Assembly (NCBI GenBank): GCA_007376425.1
Contig: VMGG01000002.1
Span: forward strand, 1-36,014
Direction: 5' to 3'
Length of the DNA: 36,014 nt
DNA from: Parcubacteria group bacterium Gr01-1014_2
Lineage (GTDB): Bacteria > Patescibacteriota > Minisyncoccia > 2-02-FULL-40-12
In this document: in pieces, positions 19,857 through 29,018 of the stretch
How positions within the stretch are numbered: the first letter of the stretch is position 1
Layout of the letters: the number at the start of each line of letters is the position of its first letter
Position numbers and translations under genes: made by a program
The notes under the pieces: model-generated
Database searches by the model: none
What the model was told of the DNA's origin: nothing
Seen by the model: the letters and a program-made list of their open reading frames with translations, nothing else

Positions 19857-20660
19857 ATGGAGAATTTATTAAATAAAATCGAAAGGGTTCCTAAGGACAA
19901 AAAACTGATTGTTTTTGATTTGGATGGGACTCTTGTTGAAACTAAATCAAGCCTAGATGATGAAACGGCAGAATTGTTCGGGCAGCTTTTAGCACAAAAG
20001 AAGGTGGCTGTGATCGGCGGGGCAAGTTTTGAACGGTTCAGAAAAGATTTAGTTGATAGATTAAATGTCTCGCCGGAATTACTTGGCAACCTGTTTTTGT
20101 TTCCCACAACGGCCTCTTCTTTTTATAGATACGACAATAAGTGGATACAGGTATATTCAGAGGAATTTTCAAAAGAGCAAAAAGAAAAAATTATGGATGC
20201 CTTTGAAAAAGCGTTTAAAGAAATCGATTACGTGAGGCCTGAGAAAACTTACGGAGAAATCATAGAAGATAGAGGTTCACAAATTACTTTCTCGGCCTTG
20301 GGTCAAGACGTTGTTGCCGAACTCGGCGAAGAGGGGATTAAACTTAAGAAAAAATGGCGGGATGAAAACCAAGGTTTAAAACTTAAACTGGCTGGAATTT
20401 TGCAAAGGTATCTTCCCGAGTTTGAAGTCAGGGCTGCTGGCTATACTTCAATCGACATAACTCGCAAGGGGATTGATAAAGAATACGCGATTAGGCAAAT
20501 CCAGAAGCACCTTGGCGTTTCAATTGAAGATATGCTCTTTGTCGGTGATGCTCTTTTTGAGAGAGGCAATGACAATGCGGTATTAAGAACTGGAATAATG
20601 TGTTTTGAAATTAAAGAAGTGGAAGACACTAAAGAACTTATCAGATATCTTGTTAAGTAG
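19857..20660 (+). CDS. HAD-IIB hydrolase (phosphomannomutase-like)
   Basis: FDLDGTL, IEDRGSQITFSALGQ, GIDK, FVGDALFERGND. Confidence 0.9.
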   Translation: MENLLNKIERVPKDKKLIVFDLDGTLVETKSSLDDETAELFGQLLAQKKVAVIGGASFERFRKDLVDRLNVSPELLGNLFLFPTTASSFYRYDNKWIQVYSEEFSKEQKEKIMDAFEKAFKEIDYVRPEKTYGEIIEDRGSQITFSALGQDVVAELGEEGIKLKKKWRDENQGLKLKLAGILQRYLPEFEVRAAGYTSIDITRKGIDKEYAIRQIQKHLGVSIEDMLFVGDALFERGNDNAVLRTGIMCFEIKEVEDTKELIRYLVK

Positions 20661-20674
20661 ATTAAGTTTGAGTT

Positions 20675-20710
20675 ACTATTAATTATATGCGATCGCTTGA
20701 AATTAATAGT
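20675..20710. repeat. 36-bp palindrome, copy 1
   Basis: ACTATTAATT-ATAT-GCGATCGC-TTGA-AATTAATAGT. Confidence 0.9.
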
Positions 20711-21222
20711 AAAAATAAAAAAGAGCAGATTTTTCATAAGTTAGATTCGGCAACCAGTAAGCTACTCGAAGTAATAGAATTTTTAGTCGGTCTTAATTAC
20801 ATAGCTTTTTCAAAAAAAGCCTAGGAACAAAGTTAAATATGGATCCTTATTGGGAAGGGCAAAGATTATTTGGTGCTTTAGGCAATCTCGAAAAGGGGAG
20901 CTTTATTAAAAAAGTCGGAAGCGGTAGCTACAAGCTTACTAAAAAGGGGATTAAAAGAATAAATTTTTCTAAATTTTTTAGACTCTCTTTAGATAAAAAG
21001 GAAAAAGACGGTTTATGGCGGGTAGTGATTTTTGATATACCGGAAAAGCAGAAAGTTAAAAGAGATTTATTAAGACAAAAGTTAAAAGAGCTTGATTTTA
21101 AAATGATTCAGAAAAGTGTTTTCGTATCTCCGTATATTTGTGAAAAAGAAATCTTGGAGCTTTGTAAGATCTTGGGTTTAAAGAAAGAAGTTTCTATTTT
21201 GACTACTAAAACTATTAATTAA
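20687..21222 (+). CDS. PaaX-like protein (wHTH plus Cas2-like ferredoxin domain), split by a -1 frameshift at an A7 run
   Basis: YKLTKKG wing; DGLWRVVIFDIPEK...LKELDFKMIQKSVFVSPY; upstream frame open from ATG 20687 to TAG 20822-20824, joining at 20812-20818 to give ~178 aa. Confidence 0.75.
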
Positions 21223-21246
21223 AAGCGATCGCTTGAAATTAATAGT
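21211..21246. repeat. 36-bp palindrome, copy 2
   Basis: ACTATTAATT-AAAA-GCGATCGC-TTGA-AATTAATAGT; 34/36 identical to copy 1. Confidence 0.9.
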
Positions 21247-22240
21247 CTATCTTCATTGCCTTTTTGACTAAATTTATTGTTTCTTCGGCGCGGGCCAGGG
21301 TTTTTTGAGTTCCTTCGGTCAGGATATTCATTACTTCTGCTGATTTTTTTTCTAGTCCTTTTCTTTTTTCGCGGACTGGTTCTAAAAATTTAATCAAATC
21401 TTCGGCGAGCTTGCTTTTAAAAGATGTATAATTTACACTTCCCATTTCTTTTGCCGCTTCTTGCGGGGTAATGGAGTGGATGAGGCCGTAGATTAAAAGA
21501 AGATTTGAAATTTCAGGCCTTTTTTTAGGGTCATATGACGCTGTTGAAAAAGAATCGGTCTTGGCGGTTTTTATTTTTTCTTTTATTTCTTCTGGGCTGT
21601 CTTTTAAAAAGATTGCGTTATTTAAACTTTTGCTCATTTTGGCATTACCGTCCAAACCCATAATCCGCGGCGCTTGTGATAACTTTGCTTGAGGAAGAGG
21701 GAAAATTTGAGTTTTATAGATACGATGAAATTTCTCTGCTATTTCTCTAGTTAGTTCTATCATCGGTAACTGATCTTGGCCTACCGGTACAACATCAGCT
21801 CTTACGATTGTAATATCAGCGGCCTGACTTACTGGATAGCCAAGAAAACCATAAGTCAGCTTTTCACCTTTGGCCCCGAATAAATCTTTTTTCTCGGTAA
21901 TCTCGTCTTTCACCGTCGGATTTCTTTTGAGCGTGTTAATGGTAACTAAATTGGAAAAAAATACTGTCAGCTCGGCAATTTGAGGTATTTTACTTTGAAT
22001 AAAAAAGGTTGTTTTTTGAGGGTCAAGACCGAAGGCAAGATAGTCGAGAGCGACTTCCATAACATTATCGCGAACCTTCTCCGGTTCTTTAAAGTGATCA
22101 GTAAGCGCTTGAACATCGGCAATCATTACAAATGATTCGTATTCATTTTCCAATTCTTTTCTCGAAACAAGCGAACCAAAATAGTGGCCGATATGAAGCG
22201 GTCCGGTTGGGCGGTCGCCAGTTAGAGATACTTTTTTCAT
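21239..22240 (-). CDS. trpS: Tryptophanyl-tRNA synthetase
   Basis: TGDRPTGPLHIGH, YPVSQAADI, VPVGQDQ, KMSKS. Confidence 0.97.
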   Translation of the reverse strand: MKKVSLTGDRPTGPLHIGHYFGSLVSRKELENEYESFVMIADVQALTDHFKEPEKVRDNVMEVALDYLAFGLDPQKTTFFIQSKIPQIAELTVFFSNLVTINTLKRNPTVKDEITEKKDLFGAKGEKLTYGFLGYPVSQAADITIVRADVVPVGQDQLPMIELTREIAEKFHRIYKTQIFPLPQAKLSQAPRIMGLDGNAKMSKSLNNAIFLKDSPEEIKEKIKTAKTDSFSTASYDPKKRPEISNLLLIYGLIHSITPQEAAKEMGSVNYTSFKSKLAEDLIKFLEPVREKRKGLEKKSAEVMNILTEGTQKTLARAEETINLVKKAMKIDY

Positions 22241-22251
22241 TTTTAACCGTA

Positions 22252-22287
22252 ACTATTAGTTAAAAGCGGTCGCTTTTAACTAATAGT
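22252..22287. repeat. 36-bp palindrome, copy 3
   Basis: ACTATTAGTT-AAAA-GCGGTCGC-TTTT-AACTAATAGT; compensatory arm change. Confidence 0.85.
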
Positions 22288-22294
22288 TACTAGT

Positions 22295-24115
22295 TTATAC
22301 TTCTATAACAACTGGTAAGACCATTGGTCTTCGTTCCGTCTTCTGGAACAAGAACGAGCCGATTTTTTCTTTGATTTCGTCTTTCAAATAGATCCAATTT
22401 ATTGGGCCGCGGCCAGCAGTTTTTCTTTCAACAATGGCCCTGACTCTTTTTCTAACTTCGCCTAAAAGTTCGGTGTTTTCGCGCAAATAGACAAAGCCGC
22501 GGGAGATGATGTCGGGGCTGGTGCGGACTCGGCCAGTCCTTGAGTCAATGGTCGTGACGATGACAAACATTCCGTCTTGGGCTAGAACTTGGCGGTCGCG
22601 CAAGACCACGTTGCCGATGTCGCCGATGCCCAAGCCGTCAACAAAGACATATTGGATTGGAACTTTTTCTTCAGAAACACGAAAGCCCTGCCGGTTCAAA
22701 ACGCCGACGCTGCCGTTATCAAGGATGAATATGTTTTGTTTGGGGAAGCCGTCGGATTGGGCCACTTTGGCTCCTTCGCAAAGCAGATAGTGGTTGGCGT
22801 AAACCGGCAAAAGATATTTTGGTTTGACCTGTCTGATTAAAAGCTTAATGTCTTCCATTAAAGCGTGGCCGCCCGAGTGCACGTCCATAATTTCTTTATG
22901 GATGACGTTGGCGCCCTGCCGATAAAGGTTGTCTTTTAGGCGCTGGATAGTTCGCTCGTTGCCTGGAATGACTGATGAAGAAAAAATAATCGTATCTGAT
23001 TTTTCTACCCTGATTTGGCGGTGGTCCCCGTTGGCAATGCGCATTAAAGCCGCCCGGTCTTCGCCTTGGGCGCCGGTAACGATAGCAATGATCTTATTAG
23101 GCGGGTAGTCGTGGATATTCTTAATGTCAATCATGACATTTGGGTTAAACTTCAGGTAGCCGATCTTTTTCGCGATCTCAATGTTCATTTTCATTGAATA
23201 GCCGTCAAGGGCCACTTTTTTGCCAAGCCCTTCGGCAATACTGATTATTTGGGATACCCGTTCAACCATTGAAGAGAAGGTGGCGATAATGATGCGGGCC
23301 GGCGCGTTTTCTATTATTTTTTTGATGTTTTTGTAGACTTCCGATTCGGATAACTGGCTTCCTTCCTTAGTCGAACCCAGCGATTCCATCATTAAGATTG
23401 ATGGTTTTTCTTGGGTGTTCCAGCGGGACAGATGCGAAAAGTCGGTCGGTTTGCCGTTAACCGGACTCGTATCATAACGCCAATCTCCGGGATGGATAAT
23501 ATTGCCTTGCGGCGTCTGCAAAATTACTCCCAAGGCATCCATGATGCTGTGAGTTACTTCAAAGAGGGCTACTTTGAAATAATCGCCCAAAGCGAATTCT
23601 TCGTCAGCCGAATTAATTTCGTGGGCCACCAGATACTGGGCCAGATTTGATTCTTCAAGTCGCCGGCGAAGCAAGAATAAAGTCAGGCGGCTGGCATAGA
23701 CTGTAGGCCAGCCGAGTTTGGGCAGGATATGCGGGGCAGCGCCGATGTGGTCAAGATGGCCGTGAGAAAGGATCACGCCGCGGATATTTTTTTCTTTTCC
23801 CTCCAGATAGCGGATGTCGGGAATTATATAGTCAATCCCTGGCATATCCTCTTCTGGAAACTGAAGGCCCATGTCCAAAATGACGATGTCGTCTTTGTAT
23901 TCAAAAACGGTCATATTCCGGCCGACTTCTTCCTGCCCTCCCAACGGAATAATCCTGAGTTCGTCGGTTTTCGGCTCAGTCTTTTTTAGACCAACAAAAA
24001 TCCGCCCTTTTTCTTTTTCAGGTTTAAAAATTTTTCTTCTGCTTGTTTTAGTTGTTCTATGACTTCGCAGCGGACCATCGGTTGCTGCAATGTTTGTGAG
24101 TCTTCTTCTCATCAT
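22295..24115 (-). CDS. rnj: Ribonuclease J
   Basis: IIPLGGQEEVGRNM, SHGHLDHIG, VHSGGHA, TERRPMVLPV. Confidence 0.97.
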   Translation of the reverse strand: MMRRRLTNIAATDGPLRSHRTTKTSRRKIFKPEKEKGRIFVGLKKTEPKTDELRIIPLGGQEEVGRNMTVFEYKDDIVILDMGLQFPEEDMPGIDYIIPDIRYLEGKEKNIRGVILSHGHLDHIGAAPHILPKLGWPTVYASRLTLFLLRRRLEESNLAQYLVAHEINSADEEFALGDYFKVALFEVTHSIMDALGVILQTPQGNIIHPGDWRYDTSPVNGKPTDFSHLSRWNTQEKPSILMMESLGSTKEGSQLSESEVYKNIKKIIENAPARIIIATFSSMVERVSQIISIAEGLGKKVALDGYSMKMNIEIAKKIGYLKFNPNVMIDIKNIHDYPPNKIIAIVTGAQGEDRAALMRIANGDHRQIRVEKSDTIIFSSSVIPGNERTIQRLKDNLYRQGANVIHKEIMDVHSGGHALMEDIKLLIRQVKPKYLLPVYANHYLLCEGAKVAQSDGFPKQNIFILDNGSVGVLNRQGFRVSEEKVPIQYVFVDGLGIGDIGNVVLRDRQVLAQDGMFVIVTTIDSRTGRVRTSPDIISRGFVYLRENTELLGEVRKRVRAIVERKTAGRGPINWIYLKDEIKEKIGSFLFQKTERRPMVLPVVIEV

Positions 24116-24126
24116 AAATTTGGTGA

Positions 24127-24210
24127 TGCGCCCGGCAGGGGTTGAACCTGCACGACCTTGCGGTCATACGGCCCTGAACCGTACATGTCTGCCAATTCCA
24201 TCACGGGCGC
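24127..24210 (-). tRNA. tRNA-Leu(CAG)
   Basis: GCGCCCG/CGGGCGC acceptor stem, TACGG-TTCAGGG-CCGTA anticodon arm, long variable arm, GGTTCAA; CCA not directly encoded. Confidence 0.95.
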
Positions 24211-24225
24211 TTTTCTATGAGTCGG

Positions 24226-24561
24226 TTATTTGCCTCGGCTTTCGTACTTTTCAAAAATTGACCAGAAACTTAGAATGCCTTTCCCTTCGTTAAAAACTTT
24301 ATGTAATTTTCCTCCCGGTACGGCAACCACATCGCCTCCCTTAACCGGAATTATTTCTTCTTTAACTTCTATTCTTCCTTTGCCGTCTATAAAAACATAA
24401 ACTTCGTCGGCTTCCTTATGGGAGTGGCCGAGCGTTTCTTTTCCGGGATTTAACTCGGTAAGGGACAAGTTCAGGTCTTTTAAAGTGGAGAGGTCATAAA
24501 CCTTGTAGATTTCATTGTCTCTGATGAGTTTGGCCTGTTCCTTATATTGTTTAATATCCAT
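24226..24561 (-). CDS. Cupin domain protein
   Basis: GHSHKEADEVYVFIDGKG, GDVVAVPGGKLHKVFN. Confidence 0.9.
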   Translation of the reverse strand: MDIKQYKEQAKLIRDNEIYKVYDLSTLKDLNLSLTELNPGKETLGHSHKEADEVYVFIDGKGRIEVKEEIIPVKGGDVVAVPGGKLHKVFNEGKGILSFWSIFEKYESRGK

Positions 24562-24622
24562 TTGATTTTGTCAACGTGTATTACGGGATCAAATTTATTA
24601 GGTCCTAAGCAGGTTCTAAATT

Positions 24623-26419
24623 TTATTTTCTGACCCTCTTTGTTTCAATGTACCATTCAGCGACATTTACGAATCTTTCCGAAGGCAGTCCCATGAGATT
24701 AATTTCGAAGCCTTTTATTTTTTTGGCTTGGGGGTAGATGTAGTAAGGGCTGTATAAAAATATTGCCGGGAGATCCTCGATGACTAAATTCTGAAAATCA
24801 TTATATTTATTTGCCCGGATTACCGGGTTCAGCGATTGCCTTGCTTCTTCTAAAAGTTTATCAGCTCCGCTGGCATCATACAAAGCCAAGTTCAAACCAG
24901 GATCTTTTTTTTGGGAAGAATGCCAAAAGCTGAAAGGGTCTGGTTCAATATTTAAAACTTCGCCGAAAAGAAGCATTTGGTAAGTTCTTGGCTGAATATA
25001 ATTTTGCTGGAGTTCAATGACCGAAGCGGTGATTAAATCAATTTTCATTCCAACTGCTTCCCAATCTTTCTTAAGCTCGCCGCCGATAGCGACAAAGTCT
25101 TTTCTTAAAGGGACAACAAGCTGGATTTCCAACAGCCTATCGTCTTTTTCTCTTATTCCATCTCCATTTTTATCCTGCCAGCCCGAGTTTTCTAAAATTT
25201 GCCTCACAAAATCAGGATTATAATCGTATTTTTTGACGCTGTTTTCAAAGTCATCGAATATTTCAGGAAGAATAGGAGAATCAACCTTGAAACCGCGTCC
25301 ATAGATGCTTTCAATAATTTTATCCTTATTGACGGAATGAGCCAAGGCTAATCGAACATTTTTATCCGAAAGAACTTCGCTTTGGTTTTGGTTGAAAAAT
25401 ACGGCAAAGTATCTTGGAATTTTAAGCTCGTTAATTTTAACTTTTCCCGGAAACCTTAAGCCACTCAAGTTGTTTGGGCTAATTCCGGCTAGACTTTCCA
25501 CCCCGCTTAAATTGAAAGCCTGAATTAAATCTTCTTCACTGGTGTAAAAATTGAAATTTATCGATTCAATAAACGGGCCGTCCAAATAATAATTTTCATT
25601 GGCTGCCAGTTCGTAAGAAGTAATCCGTCCAAGCCTGTCTTTTTTTAATTTGAAAAATTTGTAAGGCCCGGTGCCAATTGGTTTTAGATTCAATTCGGAA
25701 AGAATAAAGTTCCCTGCCTTTATCTCTTTCCATAAATGGCTAGGTATTATTCCCAGGCTTAAGTTATTTATAAATTGGGCGTAAGGATTCTTAAGCCTGA
25801 ATTCAAGAGTCAGATCATCAATTTTTACTGTTTCTACTCCTTGCCAGTTAATTCTTTGGGGACTTGCAAAATCCTGGTTCTGGGCAATTTTCACCGTAAA
25901 AATAATGTCGTCAGCCGAAAAATTAATGCCGTCATGCCATTTTATGTTCTTTCTTAAATTGAAGCGATAGACAAGGCCATCATCGGAGATGCTGAAACTT
26001 TCAGCTAAATCAGAAATGAAATTTCCTTGGCCGTCATTTTTTAAAAGACCCGAGTAAATTAATTGGGCTAAATCTCGGTCAGTGTCAGTCTGTAAAAGCA
26101 AAGGGTTAATGAATCGGGGTTCGCCAATTAACCCTTCAGTGAATTCCCCCCCAAAATCAGGCTTGGCTTCAGTAATATTGAAATAATAACCTATCAGAAT
26201 GGCAAAGATAGAGCCGATAATTACCAGTGAGAGCCCGAGGATGATATATCTTTCTCTTTTAGATAAAAGTTTAGCCAGATATATTATCCGCTTTTTTTCA
26301 GGAAGAAAACTTTTCAGATATTTTTTCAGGAGGTTTTTTGTCTTCTTCCCAAAACTTTCTTTCTTGGAAGGTTTTTGACCCAAGCCTCCGGAATACAAAA
26401 ATTCAAGATCATCAGCCAA
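24623..26419 (-). CDS. Family 5 ABC transporter substrate-binding protein (OppA/DppA-like)
   Basis: LAESFSISDDGLVYRFNLR, WHDG, PIGTGPYK; start uncertain (TTG 26419 preferred because 26488-26420 is a repeat array). Confidence 0.88.
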   Translation of the reverse strand: MADDLEFLYSGGLGQKPSKKESFGKKTKNLLKKYLKSFLPEKKRIIYLAKLLSKRERYIILGLSLVIIGSIFAILIGYYFNITEAKPDFGGEFTEGLIGEPRFINPLLLQTDTDRDLAQLIYSGLLKNDGQGNFISDLAESFSISDDGLVYRFNLRKNIKWHDGINFSADDIIFTVKIAQNQDFASPQRINWQGVETVKIDDLTLEFRLKNPYAQFINNLSLGIIPSHLWKEIKAGNFILSELNLKPIGTGPYKFFKLKKDRLGRITSYELAANENYYLDGPFIESINFNFYTSEEDLIQAFNLSGVESLAGISPNNLSGLRFPGKVKINELKIPRYFAVFFNQNQSEVLSDKNVRLALAHSVNKDKIIESIYGRGFKVDSPILPEIFDDFENSVKKYDYNPDFVRQILENSGWQDKNGDGIREKDDRLLEIQLVVPLRKDFVAIGGELKKDWEAVGMKIDLITASVIELQQNYIQPRTYQMLLFGEVLNIEPDPFSFWHSSQKKDPGLNLALYDASGADKLLEEARQSLNPVIRANKYNDFQNLVIEDLPAIFLYSPYYIYPQAKKIKGFEINLMGLPSERFVNVAEWYIETKRVRK

Positions 26420-26422
26420 AGT

Positions 26423-26488
26423 TAGTAAGTAGAAAGTAGTAAGTAGAAAGTAGAATAAAGACTCTAAATTCCATTTTCTAATTTCCAA
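26423..26488. repeat. Inverted heptamer arrays between secG and the OppA-like gene
   Basis: TAGTAAG/TAGAAAG-type x5 facing TTTCTAA/TTTCCAA-type x4. Confidence 0.75.
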
Positions 26489-26491
26489 TCA

Positions 26492-26704
26492 TCAAATAAA
26501 TAATCTCAAGACCGAGATAAGTATAAAAAGTGCGGCTAAAACTATTGTCGCTACGAAAATTCCTTTTTCAATTCCGCGCCTCGTGGCGTAAACCGAACCT
26601 TCTCCGCCAAAAACACCGGAAAGTCCGCCGCCACGCTGTTGAAGTAAAATTGTGATAATTAAAAGAATTGAGACTAAAATTTGGACAATATCTAGTAGAG
26701 TGAT
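26492..26704 (-). CDS. secG: Preprotein translocase subunit SecG (absent from ORF track; no canonical start)
   Basis: ITLLDIVQILVSILLIITILLQQRGGGLSGVFGGEGSVYATRRGIEKGIFVATIVLAALFILISVLRLFI*. Confidence 0.88.
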   Translation of the reverse strand: MTLLDIVQILVSILLIITILLQQRGGGLSGVFGGEGSVYATRRGIEKGIFVATIVLAALFILISVLRLFI

Positions 26705-26772
26705 GTCGAATGTCTAAGGTCTAAAGTCTAAAGCCTGAACAGCCTTAGTCATTAGACATTAGTCTTTAGTCA
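26704..26772. repeat. Inverted heptamer arrays upstream of secG
   Basis: nGTCTAA-type x5 facing TTAG(T/A)C(A/T) x4. Confidence 0.8.
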
Positions 26773-27113
26773 ATTATTTTGTAAATTATCCCGACGACTA
26801 AATTTATGAATCCTATTATTATTGTTGAAAGCACTAATGCCGTAATTGTTTCGATAGCCATGAAGCCAAAGACATAATCCGTTATCCAAAGCATCAAAGC
26901 ATTTATTACGATTATGAAAAGGCCCAAACTTATTAAAATTATGGGCGCCGACATGAATTTTATAATTGGTTTTAGGGTGAAATTCAAGACGGCTAAAAAA
27001 AGTCCGGCAGTCAGGTAGTTTTGATAACTACCGGAAAAAGCGAAGTTTTGTATTGAATACTGGGCAAAATACAGGCCCAAACTATTGCCCAGTATTGATA
27101 GCAAAATACCCAT
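26766..27113 (-). CDS. YvlD-like 4-TM membrane protein (phage holin family 4)
   Basis: LNFTLKPII...SLGLFIIVINALMLW. Confidence 0.85.
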   Translation of the reverse strand: MGILLSILGNSLGLYFAQYSIQNFAFSGSYQNYLTAGLFLAVLNFTLKPIIKFMSAPIILISLGLFIIVINALMLWITDYVFGFMAIETITALVLSTIIIGFINLVVGIIYKIID

Positions 27114-27128
27114 TTATGAAATGATAAC

Positions 27129-28544
27129 TTAAAAAATAGTTTTTTGCAATGCAGTTTTTCTATGCAGTTTTCTATAATAACTAATTGCAAAACGATGGGC
27201 TTCGGAATCAATCCATTTGATAAAATTTTGGACTTCTGGCGGAAGTTTTTTCATTGGCATAGGTTTTTTTAAAGTTGACCCCAAACGAAGCAAAGATGTC
27301 CTGCGGGCCCTCGCGGCTTCGTACGGGGTGAAAGAAAAAACTTCTTTTTTGCCTTTGGCAAGCGAGATGATTGGAAATCTGCCGGCAGTTGTTTTAATAG
27401 CGATATTCAATTGAGCGATTCCGCCATCAATGAAAATTAAATCAGGATAAGGCCACTCCTTCGCCAAAGGCTTCGGAGTGCGCGGCATTCCGGAATGTCG
27501 GAAGCGGCGAATAAGAACTTCTTTAAGCATGGCCGTATCATCAGGCGTTTTTTTAGTCATGATTTTAAATTTTCGATATTCTTTTTTGTCTGGCCGACCA
27601 TTAGAGAAAACAACCATCGCTCCAACGGCATTTTTGCCCTGAATGTTTGAGATATCATAGCCCTCAATTCTTTTTGGTACCGCCGGTAGTTTAAAAATCT
27701 CGGATAGTTTTTTTAAAACAGATTTAGTATCGCGTATCATGTGTCTTGTATCTTGTATGATTTTTGCGTTTGCAAAAACCTTTTCTAGTTTCTCAACTTT
27801 GTTTCTTAATTCAATTGCTTTCTCGAATTCTTTACTTTCGGCCAGACGATTTAGTTCCTTTTTTAACTTTCTAACCAATGTATCTTTTTTACCGGATAGA
27901 ATATTCTTTATAGCCGTGACATTTTTCTTATATAATTTTGCATTTTGATTTTTGATTTTTAAGTTCGGATTTTGTTGTTTCAAACAACAAAATCCGAGGC
28001 ATTTTCCGATGTGATAATTAAGGCAGAAATTATGATGCGGCTGTTTGCAGGTGCAATAAGGGAAAATCTTTCTTAGCAAGCGCAAAGTAGATTTTAACGC
28101 GTTTCCGTCTGTAAATGGTCCGATAAACTCATTTTGTAAATTTTTGAATTTTGGCTTTTGAGTTTTCGCGGGCTGGTGAGTAATGAAAATTTTCGGAAAA
28201 TTTTCATTACTAAAGCCCACGTAGAAGTACTGCTTGTCGTCGCGAAGCAGGATATTAAATTTCGGCTGTTTTTCTTTTATTAGTTTTGATTCAAGGATAA
28301 GGGCCTCGATCTCTGAACCGGTTATTTTGGTTTCTAATCTTTCAGCTTCATTCAGAAGATGTCCCCCAAAAGGCGAGTCAGTCTTTTTATTTAGATACTG
28401 TCTAAGCCGATTTTTCAGATTTCCAGCCTTGCCGATATATAAAATATTTTTCCAGCCTCCGGCTGGTCCGCCTTTGGCGGAAAATATGTAAATACCCGGC
28501 TTATCAGGCGCTTTTTTAATTTGATCGGTTATTTTTTCATTCAT
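27129..28544 (-). CDS. uvrC: UvrC (GIY-YIG, Cys cluster, UVR, RNase H-like; no C-terminal HhH)
   Basis: PGIYIF...LYIGKAGNLKNRL, RIEGYDISN, PDLIFIDGG, EAHRFAI. Confidence 0.92.
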   Translation of the reverse strand: MNEKITDQIKKAPDKPGIYIFSAKGGPAGGWKNILYIGKAGNLKNRLRQYLNKKTDSPFGGHLLNEAERLETKITGSEIEALILESKLIKEKQPKFNILLRDDKQYFYVGFSNENFPKIFITHQPAKTQKPKFKNLQNEFIGPFTDGNALKSTLRLLRKIFPYCTCKQPHHNFCLNYHIGKCLGFCCLKQQNPNLKIKNQNAKLYKKNVTAIKNILSGKKDTLVRKLKKELNRLAESKEFEKAIELRNKVEKLEKVFANAKIIQDTRHMIRDTKSVLKKLSEIFKLPAVPKRIEGYDISNIQGKNAVGAMVVFSNGRPDKKEYRKFKIMTKKTPDDTAMLKEVLIRRFRHSGMPRTPKPLAKEWPYPDLIFIDGGIAQLNIAIKTTAGRFPIISLAKGKKEVFSFTPYEAARARRTSLLRLGSTLKKPMPMKKLPPEVQNFIKWIDSEAHRFAISYYRKLHRKTALQKTIF

Positions 28545-28581
28545 AACCTCGATATTATATAGTCAACTTTATAAAAACGAA

Positions 28582-28607
28582 AAGATCTGGCCGGGAGACC
28601 AGATCTT
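28582..28607 (-). terminator. Probable terminator of the 28635-28901 gene
   Basis: AAGATCTGG/CCAGATCTT stem beside an A-rich tract. Confidence 0.6.
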
Positions 28608-28634
28608 GAGAGGATTTTGAGGGGAGAGCCTAAT

Positions 28635-28901
28635 TTAAGCTAGGCCGTAGTCTCTGAAATGCGAATTGTCGTGCCGGCGGCGCAAAGTGCGTGGCCCGAC
28701 AATGCCATTGTCGTTCAGCGTTTTGAGCTGTTGGAGCCGGCCTTGAAGTTCTTCGAACCGGGCTGATAGGTATTTGTCTCCCGGCCTTTTTTTCAGGGCC
28801 TCTCTGATGTTCGCCGTCTTTTTTTCCAACTGCAGGATTTCTTTTGTTCTGGCGTCTTTGACTCTCTGCTTTTCTTCTTCTGAGATTTGAGCTTCAGCCA
28901 T
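28635..28901 (-). CDS. Hypothetical coiled-coil protein (88 aa)
   Basis: AAGGAG SD; promoter TTGACA-N17-TATGAT at 28974-28946; terminator downstream. Confidence 0.7.
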   Translation of the reverse strand: MAEAQISEEEKQRVKDARTKEILQLEKKTANIREALKKRPGDKYLSARFEELQGRLQQLKTLNDNGIVGPRTLRRRHDNSHFRDYGLA

Positions 28902-29018
28902 GGTCTCTCCTTCTCAAATTGAAGGTGCTGTCGAAACAAAGATTTATCATAGATTTGCCAAATAAGCGTGTCAATATCACAATGTTCATATCGATAAGAA
29001 TCAATACTGTAAATACAT

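Noticed and set aside
20675-22287. CRISPR array with cas2
   Set aside because: Repeats are 36 bp but separated by whole genes (500 and ~1000 bp), and no cas genes are present
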